Under the pieces are notes generated by a model. The model worked only from the letters and a program-made list of their open reading frames with translations, ran no database searches and was not told the origin of the DNA. A DNA stretch of 64,000 nucleotides from Haliotis rubra (taxonomy: Eukaryota): NCBI RefSeq assembly GCF_003918875.1, contig NW_025767721.1, forward strand, positions 62,001 through 126,000. Direction: 5' to 3'. Positions 62,750 to 64,000 of this stretch are shown one piece after another (position 1 is the first letter of the stretch; every line of letters begins with the position of its first letter). A program made the translations under genes and the position numbers.

Positions 62750-64000
62750 GTAAGTTATACTTTTCAGTATTACGACTCCAGTCTGATATGTTTACTTCAA
62801 TCATAGATGTTTGAAGGACTTATGGTCAAACTCCCTCTGGATATACACGATGTGCCTCCATGCTGTTACTCTATCAGTTAGTTTTGATAAGTTTCACATT
62901 ATTAATTTTGTCTCATGATACATATAAACATACTGTCATAAATTTGCAACCCCCAAAACATGAATTTTGAGCAAAGGTAAATATTCGAGGTATGCGATAT
63001 ATTTTATTATGGCTCTAAATTAGTCGAATTAAGTCAAAATGAGTTATGTTTCATGATACTTATAAGCATACTGTCATTCATTTACAACCGCCAAAACATG
63101 AATTTGGTCATGGCCACTGTTCGTCCATGGACCGGGCCATAAGCTTGAGTTTTCAAAAACAAATTGGAATTTTTTCATTTTTTAGCATATATTCATGATA
63201 ACTGCATACTGAAATTTGTGCGGAGAGTTTCTGGATTTGGGGGTTTCCAGAATTAAATGTGGCTACGGACGCACCGTTTATTTTCATGTCATTGTTTTAA
63301 ACATCAGTAGGGTCCTGGACCATGAAAGGAATTATGGCAATAATTTGCATTTCAAAAGTAAAATCGGACATTTATCGGTACAACATGTCATATTAACAAT
63401 CAGAACACTACTTAGATGAACGGCAACAGAAGGGTCTAAATATGTCACAGAGAAGAATAACAAACTGGCTCTTGCTCAATTTCCTAATAGACAGGTAGAT
63501 ACGATGTAGATCCTTCATGCCTATATGCGTCACATCTTATGTGACACCACCAAACTGTTCAACAAGTAAACGCCAGGGGATCATTATCTTATTGTTAGCA
63601 ATAAGCGAAATCGAAACAGATACACCAACACGGCCAAATCCACAATCAATATTCCTTGCAATAAACGCTTAGGGTGTCACTCATGCATTAAAATTTACAA
63701 CGCGAGGTGACAACAGTTACAGGTATATTTGATTTGTCCCAAAAGATTGATCCTGGAAACAAAATGCATTGATAGTCTTTCAGTTAAACGTGTTGTTCCA
63801 AATTGCATATGACTGCAACTCTCTATCTTCCATCAACATACTAACTATAAAAAGGATCCAATTGTTTGGTAGAATATGTTGAACAGGTTCAAAGACTACA
63901 CACATTAATACATGTTTTATGTTGATGTCTTTAGAACACACAGTGTCCGTTTAACCATATGATAAAGTTAAATTTTCAAGGAAAAAATTCTTACAGGCAC

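Larger units (their letters stand above)
44821..64000 (+). repeat. About 19 kb near-identical direct copy of 13395-32151
   Basis: Colinear match from atgacaggtccatgctgtagg (13395/44821) to cttacaggcac (32151/64000), covering the minisatellite, TRIM and glucanase exons 1-8, with SNPs and indels. Confidence 0.97.

Overview
Eukaryotic, intron-rich invertebrate DNA. The SINE repertoire and the glucanase type suggest a mollusc, possibly a gastropod such as abalone (inference only). All genes are on the + strand. (1) The last nine coding exons of an SLC6 glycine-transporter-like Na+/Cl- amino-acid transporter (423-10800). (2) A TRIM-type RING/B-box/coiled-coil gene with a single coding exon and a hydrophobic C-terminal tail (20943-21986). 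(3) A 12-exon GH16 endo-1,3-beta-glucanase/LGBP-family gene A (23235-34317) with an intact EIDIME motif but a 1-nt frameshift in the last exon. (4) A diverged tandem paralog B (37062-44653), cut off by a 100-N gap at 44721-44820. After the gap, 44821-64000 repeats 13395-32151 with a few percent divergence and SINE presence/absence differences, giving second TRIM and glucanase-A copies; this is probably the alternate haplotype rather than a true duplication. The non-coding DNA is dense with repeats: two tRNA-SINE families, a 5S-CORE SINE, MITEs, Penelope-like remnants carrying hammerhead motifs, and minisatellites. The most interesting signal is an abundant retroposon with no tRNA head whose precisely defined 5' end folds into a pseudoknot with in-window compensatory changes, a candidate self-cleaving or structured RNA.
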